From NCBI RefSeq assembly GCF_018350175.1, contig NC_058382.1:55864001-55928000 (forward strand): a stretch of DNA of 64,000 nt. Reading direction: 5' to 3'. Shown one piece after another: positions 48,791 to 59,581 of the stretch. The notes beneath the pieces were generated by a model. It was given only the letters and a program-made list of their open reading frames with translations. It was not told where the DNA came from and did no database searches. Every line of letters begins with the position of its first letter. Position 1 is the stretch's first letter. Source of the DNA: Felis catus (taxonomy: Eukaryota). The translations under genes and the position numbers were made by a program.

Positions 48791-50322
48791 TTGCCTCCCT
48801 TACACGTTACTGAAAACTTCCTTAGTAGAGCCAATGATAAAGGAAAGGGTCATGGTTGTTGTTGTTTTTTTTTTTTTTTAAACCTGCTGAGTTTGGTTTA
48901 GTACCTACCTGCAGGTACTCTCTTTCCCACTAGATGGTACCAGTATGCCAAAGCCCTGGAATGCTACCTTAGGGCCTCATCATTGACATGGATGTATTCC
49001 CACTACTTATGAACAATTAAAGAATAAGCATGTTGAGATTGGAGGAACAGACTACAGATATTTGGGGGACAGACGGTGGCAGGAAAGTGGAGGTTGTCTA
49101 AATAGTTACCCTCATTCATTCATTCACTCATTCACCAACAAATCTTATTGCCCACCCACTAAGTACTTCAACGCTTTTCTCGGTATTGGGAATACAGATA
49201 AAAGCAGTGTACACGAAGTCCCTAAGTCCCTAAGCTGGTTGGGGGAGAGATAATAGAAAACGAACCCATAGATGCATGATGCCTGTCATGTGTTGAGTGC
49301 TGTGGAGAACAAAGTCAGTGAAGGGATGGACAGGGCAGGGAGAGCACAGCCCCTCTGGTGTCTGTCTGCCTGTCTTGTCAGCTAGTAGGGTGAAAGATTA
49401 TTTCCATCTGTTTCCTAAACCCCATTCTGCCTCTCACCAACCTCTTGTGATTATGCTTATGTGGTTATTTTCACAACGAGACTGTGAGCTTGTGGAGGGC
49501 AGAAGTCGTGCTTGGCCAACTGGAACCCGCTGCAGCCCACGTCAACCAACTGCTTGTTGGTTGATTTCATTTGTTGGGATTCATTCTGGATTGTTATTGT
49601 TGTAGACACACAATAGAGTCACACTTTACTCAGGGGTTAGAGTATTTTAGAATATAAAGTCTAGGTTTAAGGCAAACACAGAGTTGTCATTAACCTTGAA
49701 ATATCTTAAGTTACCCACTAAATTGCAGTGTGTGTGGTTTTGTGTATGCATCCGTGTACTGTAATCAATATGTAACAATGTATAATGGAAGCCATAACGT
49801 ACAGTGCATAATAAAGAATATAGGCAAGATATAATTTTATGGAATTTAATTGCAGTACTTAAATTGTTCTTTTTCCTTCTCTTTTTGGTGGAAGAGCTGG
49901 ATTTCCATTAGTTAAATGTGCATATGATAAGCCTTCATTGTATTCATTCAAGCTGGTTCCTTAATCATACAATTTCCAGCAGGCTGTGTACTGGGGAGGG
50001 CAAGAGCTGTGTTCTCTGTGCTCTGTTCATCTTTGGGTTCCCACCACCGGTCACATGGTTTGGGGCAGAGGAGCAGCATATTAGGTCATAACAGTAGTAG
50101 CAGCAGTAATCCCCATTACACATCTAAGCAGTGCTTACTCGGAGCTAGGCCCTGTGTGAGTGCTTTCGATGTATTAATTAGCGCATTTAGTCCTCCTAAA
50201 GACTCTTTGGTGTATCTACTATGATTTTAATTCCATTTCACAGATGGGGACATTCCAGGAGAACTGGGTAAAGGTCACACAGCTTTTGAGCTCTGGGGCT
50301 GACATTCAAACTTGAGCAGTCC

Positions 50323-50612
50323 TGGACACAAAAGGCCATATATATTGTATGATTCCATGAAATGGAAAGAATTGTTCAGAACAGGCAAATCCATAGAGAC
50401 AGAGGGCAAGAGCAGTGGTTGCCTAAGACCCGGGGTGGGAGGAGCAGGGAATAGGAAGTGGGATTTCTTTTTGGGGGGTGGTGGAAGTGTTCTGGAATGA
50501 TATAGTGGTGATGGTTGCACAAGTCTGTGAGCCTACTAAAACTACAGAATTGTATACGTTAACAGGTTCAACTTTATACAATGTGGATTATGTTTCAGTA
50601 AAGTTGTTGTTA
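50323..50612 (+). mobile_element. Old L1 3' end (L1MB/MC-like)
   Basis: Contains cacaaaaggccatatatattgtatgattccat, aggcaaatccatagagacaga, agtggttgcc and atagtggtgatggttgcacaa. Confidence 0.75.
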
Positions 50613-50817
50613 GGGGCTCCTGGGTGGCTCAGTCGGTTAAGCTTCCAACTTCGGCTCAGGTCATGACCTTATGGTTCGTGAGTTTGAGCCCCGCATCGGG
50701 CTCGCTGCTGTCAGCATAGAGCCCACTACATATCTTCTGTCCCCCACTCTCTGCCCCTTCCCCCCTTGTGCTGTCTCTCTTTCTCTCTCGAAAATAAATA
50801 AGCATTAAAAAAAAAAA
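50613..50817 (+). mobile_element. Can-SINE
   Basis: Head ggggctcctgggtggctcagtcggttaagc and poly-A tail. TSD taaagttgttgtta (50599-50612) / taaagctgttgtta (50818-50831). Confidence 0.92.
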
Positions 50818-51079
50818 TAAAGCTGTTGTTAAACAGAAAAGCAAGCAAACCTCAGGCAGTCCAACCTCAGGGCTCTTGCGTGGCCACCCCTGACCCTTTC
50901 CTGCTCAACAAGTGCCTGTGACATTCTACTGTCTTTACCTGCATTAACCCTGCTATTTCTCAATAGGTGCCTATCATCCACTTCATTTCAGAGATCAGAA
51001 AACTAACGCAGACATATACTGAGGAACTTGGGGCTGGCAGTTCTGGGCCTGAAGTATACCAGTTTTCACACGTTTCATT

Positions 51080-51299
51080 TTTCATTTTATTTTTTCAATG
51101 TTTATTTACTTTTAAGAGAGAGACAGAGAGAGTATGAGTGGGGGAAGGGCAGAGAGAGAGGGAGACACAGAATCTGAAGCAGGCTCCAGGCTCTGAGCTG
51201 TCAGCACAGAGCCTAACGTGGGGCTCAAACTCACAGACCACGGGATCATGACCTGAGCTGAAGTCGGCCGCTTAACTGACTGAGCCACCCAGGCACCCC
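51080..51299 (-). mobile_element. Can-SINE (SINEC_Fc-like)
   Basis: The reverse complement begins ggggtgcctgggtggctcagtcagttaagc, with (GA)n and a T-rich tail on the left. Decayed TSD tcacacgtttcatt / tcacgcattttatt. Confidence 0.93.
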
Positions 51300-52589
51300 T
51301 CACGCATTTTATTAATTAAAAACAACCCTGGTAAACCAAAGCTGCAGGCAACTTGGCCCATCAGAAATAAAGCAATGTTTTGCAGATTTGTAAAGTGGAT
51401 TAAGATCCCTCTCTGCTCACTGGTCATTCTTCCTCCCTGGCCCAGGCCGGTCTGGTGTAGAGTACTGGCAGTAAGGCCCAGAGACTTTAGGGTCTTAGTG
51501 TGTGTTAGTGAGGCTGATTTCTAAAAGTAATAAACATAAGTGGCCCAGGAAAGGGGAGAATAGGGGGAGGGGGAGAGAGCTAATTGACATGCTAAGTGTC
51601 ATTGTATTCAAGTTGACACCAGATTGCTGAAAGGATTTATCCAAATTAACAAGAATGTTTGGCACCCCTTGGCAGGCTCAGTTGAAGACTTCATGGCCTG
51701 GCATGAGAAGGCATCTGAGGTCTAAGGCAGGGGAAGGAGCTCTTTGCTCCTACACTTGGCACTCAGCACCTCCGAATCCAGGCCCCCACCCCACCGAAAA
51801 CATTCCCCCATCAGCACCTGCCACCCCCACCAGATGTCTCTTGATTCCCAAGCTTCCTAAACATGAAATATATTCCTCTCTGTCTTCACTCTTGTGTTGA
51901 TGATTTGTATTTCTCTTTCATGCTTAAAATGCAGAGGGATGAAGTCATTAGCGGAGCACTGTACAGCAGGAAAGGGCAGCAGGGCTTGCCCCTGGATCAG
52001 TCCCAGGATGCCTATCTTGTGCTCCTGGAGGGTATGGATTTATAAAGACAAAGCTGAGGGACTGTAAATGTCTTCCCGAATCTCTAGTCTGGAGGAGCAG
52101 CTGCAATTTGGGCTGGAACAGGAGCTGGGATTGAAAGGGTTCTGGCTGAGATCTGGTTTCCCAGGTGGCTGGCCTCCGGGTGGCAGGGACTCTGCTGGGC
52201 CCCCTGGATTCCTTAAGCTTTCCCAAGTAACAACAGGTGACTATACAAAACCATATGCGTCTATGATTTTCCAATGTACTGTTTTGTATTCTGAAGAGGT
52301 ACTGCTTCCAAAAGAGGTTATTAATAAGGGTTCTGGGAAAAAATAAAATATTGCCTGACCTAATATTTTGGGAAACTCTGGACTTACCCATAGAAATGAA
52401 ACAGGTTGTGTTTTGTTTTCCACAACTGAATGTCTCTGAGGCTTTAGTGAGCATTTGAGGCTCAAAGAGGGGCTCCCTAAGGCTGCATTTCCAATGCTGT
52501 TGCTAAATTCCCAGGGGTAAGGGAACTCTTGCATAGAGTATGTCACTAGATAGTGACTCACAGGCTACATGTGGGAAACAAATTGTGGA

Positions 52590-52780
52590 CTCTGGGGTCT
52601 CCGAGTTTGGGCCTTCACCATCAGGACCAGCAGTGTCAGCATCACCTGGGAGCTTATTAATGCAATCGTCCACCCAGCATCTACTTATTCAGAGCTTCTG
52701 GGGTAGATCCTGCAATCTGTATCTTCACACATATGCCCTCCAGGGGATTCTGATGTTCCCTCAAGTTTGGAAACTGCTGC
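52590..52780 (+). mobile_element. MER5A-like MITE
   Basis: Contains gaccagcagtgtcagcatcacctgggagcttattaatgca and gattctgatg...caagtttggaaactgctg. Confidence 0.6.
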
Positions 52781-53063
52781 CCCAGTGGGTTTTGTGGGGA
52801 GAGAGACCTTCCTGATGTTGTGCTGGGTGAAGGAGGGAAACATTTGCCAGGCTCCTCCGAAGAAAGTGGAGATTACAAAATGCAGACCACAGAGATATGG
52901 GAGTGGAGGCTGAAGGTTCTGCTCTATCCCATTATGGCCACGGGGTGTTTACTTCTGGGAGACCCTAAGCTGTGTTCACAGAATGCCTTCAGGGACAGCT
53001 GTGGTCCACACAGACAGTCCAGAAGACCTGGCATGATGACAGAAGAGGCATCTGGGAAGTCTG

Positions 53064-53567
53064 TGTAGGGGTGGCAAAACTCATCTTAGGTTTTTATCTG
53101 GGGTTCTTTAAAAAAAAGATTAATAGGAGAAAAGCCAGCAGCTTATTAATATGTATACTACATATATACATAGTAGATACCCAGGGAAAACATGAGTAAC
53201 TTGCAGAGTTGGCTTGGAACTCCAGCTTAGATACCATCTTAAGCCAAAGACAAAAAAGAGAAAGGTGTGGGGAGGCCAGTTGTGAGGATGTAATGGGATT
53301 GAAAACTAGAATGAGGTTTGTGACGCAGGGTTAAGTCAGTGCCTTCTCCATTGATAAGGATCTGAAGTTGTCTATAGGGGATAGTATCTGTTCTTCTTGG
53401 TGGAAAGGGGAGGAGGGACAGCTTTGTAAATTCATGTCCTGTTTTTAGGCAAATAGGAGGAAGTCAGTAAGGTTTTCTTTTATCTGCTTCTTCTCAGTTG
53501 CCTTCAGGTCAAAATAATCCTTATGACAAAGTGGCGTGTTTAGGGTGGCATATTCTTCTATCCTTCA
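53064..53567 (-). mobile_element. ERV1-class solo LTR (MER34-like)
   Basis: 504 bp with TG...CA termini and an exact 4-bp TSD tctg (53060-53063, 53568-53571). The minus strand starts tgaaggatagaagaatatgccacccta...cataaggattattttgacctgaaggcaactgagaagaagcag, resembling the MER34 5' end. Confidence 0.8.
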
Positions 53568-53587
53568 TCTGACTTAGCAGCCGCCTA

Positions 53588-53762
53588 CTATGTGTGCATA
53601 GTATGTAGTGTGTGTATGTATGTATATACATACACGTATACACATAGATGTATACATATATACATATATAACACATGCATACACATATAATAGATATACA
53701 CAAACACACATATGTAACACATTCATATAAATACATGTATATGTTACATATATACACATATA
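53588..53762 (+). repeat. Degenerate (TA/CA/TG)n low-complexity tract
   Basis: Directly visible. Confidence 0.8.
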
Positions 53763-54057
53763 GTACCTACCAAGACATAGTCACTGTTGGCAGCTACTAA
53801 ATTCTAGGCTCTACTCTTTGAATTAAGTTTTCTAAGGTGAATCAGACAGATCCAGAAGCTGCATTTGCTGATCTTGTAGAGATTACAGACCCGAGGGGAG
53901 AATGACAGACAGTGACACCGTGGGGTCTGTGAGAAGAGCTAAGTCTACAGCTATTGGATTTTGAAGACCATCCAGGATAATTCTTTGTGTGCCATTATAA
54001 ATCTTTGCTGATCTTTCTGATATTTCCCATGATTCTTACTTGTGAAATATATTCTAA

Positions 54058-54273
54058 ATGAGTTGTTCTCAAATAGGGGCATTTGTGCCTCCCAGGGGAC
54101 ATATGGTAATGCCTGGAGACAAGCTTGCTGGTCACAACTGGAGAGAAGGTGCTATTGGCACTTGGTAGGTAGAAGCCAGGGATGATGTTTAGTATCCTAC
54201 AGTACACAGGATGGCCCCCACCACAAAGAATTATCCCAACCCAAATGTCAATAGTATGAGGGTGAGGAACCTG
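54058..54273 (+). mobile_element. MER20 MITE
   Basis: Contains ttgttctcaaataggggc, ggtaatgcctggagaca and cacaaagaattatcccaacccaaatgtcaatagt...gaggaacctg. Confidence 0.8.
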
Positions 54274-55627
54274 GTCTAAGTATAGTGCTTCATACTCCCC
54301 CATCACACATGGGAAGATTTGTCTCTACTCCATCCCATTCTAGAAGCCACACCCTGAAGGTGGGTTTGTGGAAAGAAAACTAGCAGCAAGCCACTGTACA
54401 TGTGTAATTTTTCAAAAGGTCAAACCACGACTCTCTGTTAAATATAAACATTAATTCATTAATTTGTGAGGGAACCGATAAGATGCTATGATGGTTTCAA
54501 AGGGCATTTGAGAAGATAAGGTATTTATGAACAATTTGGCAAAGAAATGTTAGAATGAGAAATTATGTTAGTTTCTTGTGGGATGAAAACCCACAAGTAA
54601 CTGGAAGCTTCACTAATTCTGAGGCTTTCCATCAAGATTAAATAAGGAGTTGAACTAAGAACATGTTTCTAGACATCTACTGGTGACCCTTGTCCCTCAT
54701 TGATTTTCAAAGGGTTTCCATCCATCATTGTGGCCTTGTTTACAAGCTTTGGATAATTTTTTTCTGATTCCTCAAACATGGTTTTTAATTTGCTAGTGCT
54801 GCCTTATTTGAAATAGTTGTGAAATATGGGGTAAAGGAATGGAAATCAGTTGAGGTCCAGGAGATGGTGGAAGGAGAGAGTCTAGTAGGTCAAGATGGCT
54901 GCATAGATGCCATCTGTTAACTGCCTTCAATGAGGCATGCACTGTGCCATATGCTTTCACTTAACTCTCTTAGGTGGGACTTGCAATTGTCCACATCTAC
55001 CGATGAGGAAATTGTGTCAGAGGGAGAGTCAGAATGTCAGTAGCAGACATGTGCAGAGTAAGACTGAAAGGGTGTGGGATCAAGACCAAACAGGGGAGAG
55101 ATGAAAGGAAGGGGAGCTGTTACAAGCTTGAGGGAAGCATGAGTCCATTTAGAGGCAGAAATACTCATAGCATATTCAGGGGGCAACAAGGAGGCTGTTC
55201 TGGGTGTCAGTAAATGTGAACACAGTGTGAAATTGGATCAGTGCTAAGGGATGACACTATTAATAGTATCCATGTTATTTTAGCCAAAAGATCTCACTAT
55301 TGCTACAGGGCAGTTCCTGGCAGTAACCCATGGTGGTTAAGAGCCCAGGCCTTGGGTGAAGCTGGAATTGCAGTTTGGACCTCAGCTCTGCCCCTGGAGG
55401 GCTGTGTGGCCATGGGCAAATTGCTTAACATCTCTGTGCCTCAGTTATCAGATCTATTTAATGAGGGCAATGATACCTACCTGATAACACCTAGGATGGG
55501 GACTCAAGACAAATTTTGGCTGAGCAAATGATAGACCCTTGGAAAATGGCAGTTGGTTCTTTAAGGAGGTGAATAGGCAGGATTTAGCAGATGATGGTTG
55601 TTAGCCATTGGTCTGTTCAGTGTCACA

Positions 55628-56100
55628 GTCTCAGTCTGAGTTCCCTCCAAAGCAGATTCTGAAAGGAGGGTTTGAATGCAATTAATTCACCTGGAAGGTG
55701 GTCCAGAGAAAACTGGAGGGGGTGGGGAAGTGAGGCAGGGAAGGGAGGGCGGCCATATGAAGTGTCTTCTATTTAGCCAGTTGCTACTGTGGCTGCTTGG
55801 ACCTTAATTCCCCTGTGGACCCTTGGGAGCCAGTGTGGAGTATTTCAGAGTTATCCCACCTGGGGGGCATGGGATCTCTAGACTTTATGTGACAGATCTG
55901 GGTGGGCGTTGTTTTGGAGCTTCCCCAGGTGGCATTGATATTGGGCACTACTGGACTTCTGGGTATGGACTCTGGTCCCAGAGAAAGCCATCAGCAAAGA
56001 CGTGTGGCATTTTTCACTTGGATGTGGGGCCAGCCCTCTAATGGAAAGGCGAGAGGGATATGTGCTTGGAGGTAGGTGGGAAGCCCTCAGCATCTTCTGT
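55628..56100. mobile_element. Old MaLR LTR (MLT1K/L-like)
   Basis: Contains gtctcagtctgagttccctccaaagcagattctga, ggggtggggaagtgaggcagggaaggg and tcagagttatcccacct. Confidence 0.55.
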
Positions 56101-57296
56101 AGTTGGTATCAAAAGGCAAAGAAACAGTAATGCTGTCTGGGCCAGTGATCTACATCTGAGAAGTTAAAGGAACACAGCTAGGTATAGAGAAAGATATACA
56201 GAAATACTTGTCTGCATTGTATGTGATAGCCCAAATTGGAAACGATAACAGTAGTCAACATCTATTGAGTGTTTGCCGTGTGCCTGGCTCACCTAAGTGC
56301 TCAGCAAATAAGCTAAATTCTAGCAAATGACAACTGGTTAAGTGACTCAATGGAATATTACATAGGCATTGAAGAGGGCAATTATGAAGACAGCAATGGA
56401 ATGGAGAAATCGCCTAAGTGAGAAATGAATACGGAACAGGAGATTCTGTGTGGAGTAGGGTTCCTAATAAACAAACAAACAAAGACTCTGTATATGGGAA
56501 AGAGGGATGAAGTCTGTAAGGAAATTTATCAAAAATTTTGTTCGTGTAATGGGTTTGTGAGTGATTTCTTTCCCTCTAGTTTACAAATCTCCACTGATGT
56601 GCCTGTATTATATTTATAATGAAGAAATAGAGTAAATTCAAAAAAGTGAAAAGAGAAGAAAATAACTTCTAAGACATAGGTTGTGGAGATCCAGCGGAGG
56701 TTTTGAAGAAGGGAATGGAAAATGATATTTCAGAAAAACTAACCTGTGGGTGGTGTGGAAGATGGCCTGGATGGGGGAAGACCCAAAGTAAGAAGTTCAG
56801 TTTGTGAATGTATAAAGGCCACAGAGAGTGTGGAAAGGAAACCAATTTTAGAGGCTTGGTAGTTAATGGGTTGAATGGGAAGAAGTGGAAAAAATGCCAG
56901 AAATGATACCAAGATTTTACTTTAAGAGAGTTTTATTAGTGATTCTGAATGATACAGGGATTACTCTGACATCATTTCCCCTGCCTACAGTTGCGCTGTG
57001 TGGTGTGTGATAGCAACCAATTTGAGCATATGCCACTAGTAAAACATAATGCAATTTCATCTAAGAAAGAAAATTAGCAATGAAACAACAAACATACATT
57101 GAGCACCTCTTTGAGACAGGTTTCTTTACATCTACTGTCTCATTTAAACCTAACGGCAATCCTATAAGTTATGTTCTTAATGTTTCTGTTTTACAAGTGG
57201 GGTAATAGAAGATCAGAGAGGTAAAGGGATTTACCCAAGGTCACGGAGATTCTGAGTTCAGATAATCGTTATTATCTTATGTACATATGTATATAT

Positions 57297-57462
57297 GGGT
57301 GGATGGATGGATGAATGATGCATGGGTAGATGGATGGATGGATGGATGGATGGATGGATGGATGGATGGATGGGTGGATGGATGGATGGATGGGTAGATG
57401 GATGGATGGATGGGTAGATTGGTGGGTGGGTAGATGCATGGAAAGATGATGGATGGATGGAT
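57297..57462 (+). repeat. (GGAT)n tetranucleotide repeat, degenerate
   Basis: Directly visible. Confidence 0.92.
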
Positions 57463-59461
57463 TGGTAACCACATAATGGGGGAGAAATGTAGGGTACTAA
57501 AATGTCAGGGTAGAAAAAAGGGAATTTCAAGAAGAAAGTTGCAGTTATCTTAGAAGGTAAAGAAGGAAGGAACTTGGCGAAAGTGCTAGATTCTGGAGGA
57601 AGAAGGTGTGGTCACTAGTTCTTTTTATGAGGACCATTCTGGTCAAGTAATGGGAAGTTGCATGAGAGGCTCAGGGGCCAGGACATTGTGATAGAAATCT
57701 GTGGAATGAGCGGCCAGATCATGTAGGAGCTCAAAAACAGGCCCAAGCCTAAGGGATGGATGCAATAATAGGAAAGAGGGGTGATGTAAGGGAACAAAGG
57801 GAAAGATAGGGGCGTGGAAGGAGAAATGGAAAAAGTAAGAGATCACTGGTTAAGAACAAGGACACCAGACAGTCTGGGCTTGGCTGTCAGCTCTACTGCC
57901 TGTGACCTTAGCAAACCCCATAACCCTGTTTGCCTCAGTCCCCTCATTTGTAAAATGGGGAGGCTATCTACCTCATGGGCTTCTTAGGAGGATGAACTAA
58001 AGCATGTAATGTGCTTAACACAGTGTCTGGCATGCTGTAAATCCAAACCAGGCAGGGATCCTGATGCCTTAATGGTCACAATAAATGCCACTTCCTGGGA
58101 AGGAGCCCCAAGTTGTAGATCAAGAAACTGGGACTCAGTCTCTTAAAGAATGTGGCCCAAGATAGTATACCTGGAGCCCCTTGAACTGCCCAGGACAGCA
58201 AGAGGTCCACTGTCTTTTCCTTTAGGAGAAAATAGATTTTACACAAGATCTTAGACCATATGTACTTTTTTCTTTTTTTTTCTTTTTTTTTTTTTTTTAG
58301 TTGGAAACTAACTTTCTGCAATTTATAATGAGGCATATTGGGGTGCATATTCCTGTTATTTTATTTTATTTTTACCTAACCATTAATAAATAGAGGCTTC
58401 TCATTAAAGCAAAGTTGGAGGAGTTTTGGAGGCATGGGAGACTGGCTAGGGGAGGAGGAAAGGAGTGAAGCACTTGGAAGATTCGGGGGGCGGATGAAGA
58501 TCCATCAGACCCCTAGCAAGCACCATGAACTCAGTGCCCTTTCTCCATTCCAGAAACTTTTATGCTCATATAATTGATGCTTGGAGAAGTCTGCACACTG
58601 CAGTCTCGGCATGAGGAATCTTGAAAGCCTTATTAACCCAGCCACTTAGCCTTTATAAGTGCAACCCCTACCCTGGCTATTTTGGCTCAGGATTAGCTGA
58701 GCCCCCAAAAGTTCCACTGTTGGGATGAAGAGGTTCAATTTAATGCCTTTCTCTGGTCGGTTCTCCTCCCCAGTCCCCCTGCCTCTCCAGCTCTGGCAGT
58801 TGGCAAGCTGTGTCAATGCTCAGCCTGTGCGTTCCTGCCCTTTGTGATCCTGTAACCTGCCAAGGAAATGTTCTCTCTGAGGCTGAGCCACTGGAGAAAT
58901 TGCATGCCCAGGATTGATTTTGCATAGTGTAAAAATCAATCCGCACATCGGGCAGTAGAGGCACCCTCTAAGGCTCCAGTCTGCAAGAGAACTAGTTCAG
59001 GCTGGTTGGAGGCCCAGTGGGGCAGGGCAGCAAGCAGATTAAGTCAGAAAGTAAAAAAATAAAATACATAGAAAAAAAAAGACAAAATTGAGGGGTGTGC
59101 TTCATCTAGCTAGAATGCTTTCTTTCTTTCCGTGTTAATAAGCCTTATCTGGCACAGCTGGCCTCTACCTGTTGCGTAGTTTTGGGGGAAGAAGGAACTT
59201 GTGGTCTAAAGAGCACCTCCCATTAGACACATACTACTGGAGGCAGGTGGGCCCCAGGGGGACACTGTCTGCTTGACATAGTCTCTCCAACGACAGAACT
59301 TCAATTTGCTTGGGTGGGAAGACTGAGAACAATCATTTTTGTGTGTGTGCTCCAATAATCATTGTTTACTTAAATTCCACTCTAATAATTAAGTTAAAGT
59401 AAGGAACATTTATGGACCAACATCTATGTGTCAGGTACTCTGCCAGGTGCTTGTGTACAAG

Positions 59462-59581
59462 CTGTGGCCCCCCGGAGGACTGAACGACAATCCATGAAGA
59501 GGCGAACTCCTCAGCTGTGAAATGAGATGAATCAGAGTTCGCCTCTTCATGGATTGTCGTTCAGCCCTCTGGGGGCCACAG
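59462..59581. repeat. Inverted repeat with 47-48 bp arms (30-bp perfect core) and a 25-nt spacer
   Basis: 59480-59509 ctgaacgacaatccatgaagaggcgaactc is the exact reverse complement of 59535-59564. Confidence 0.95.
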
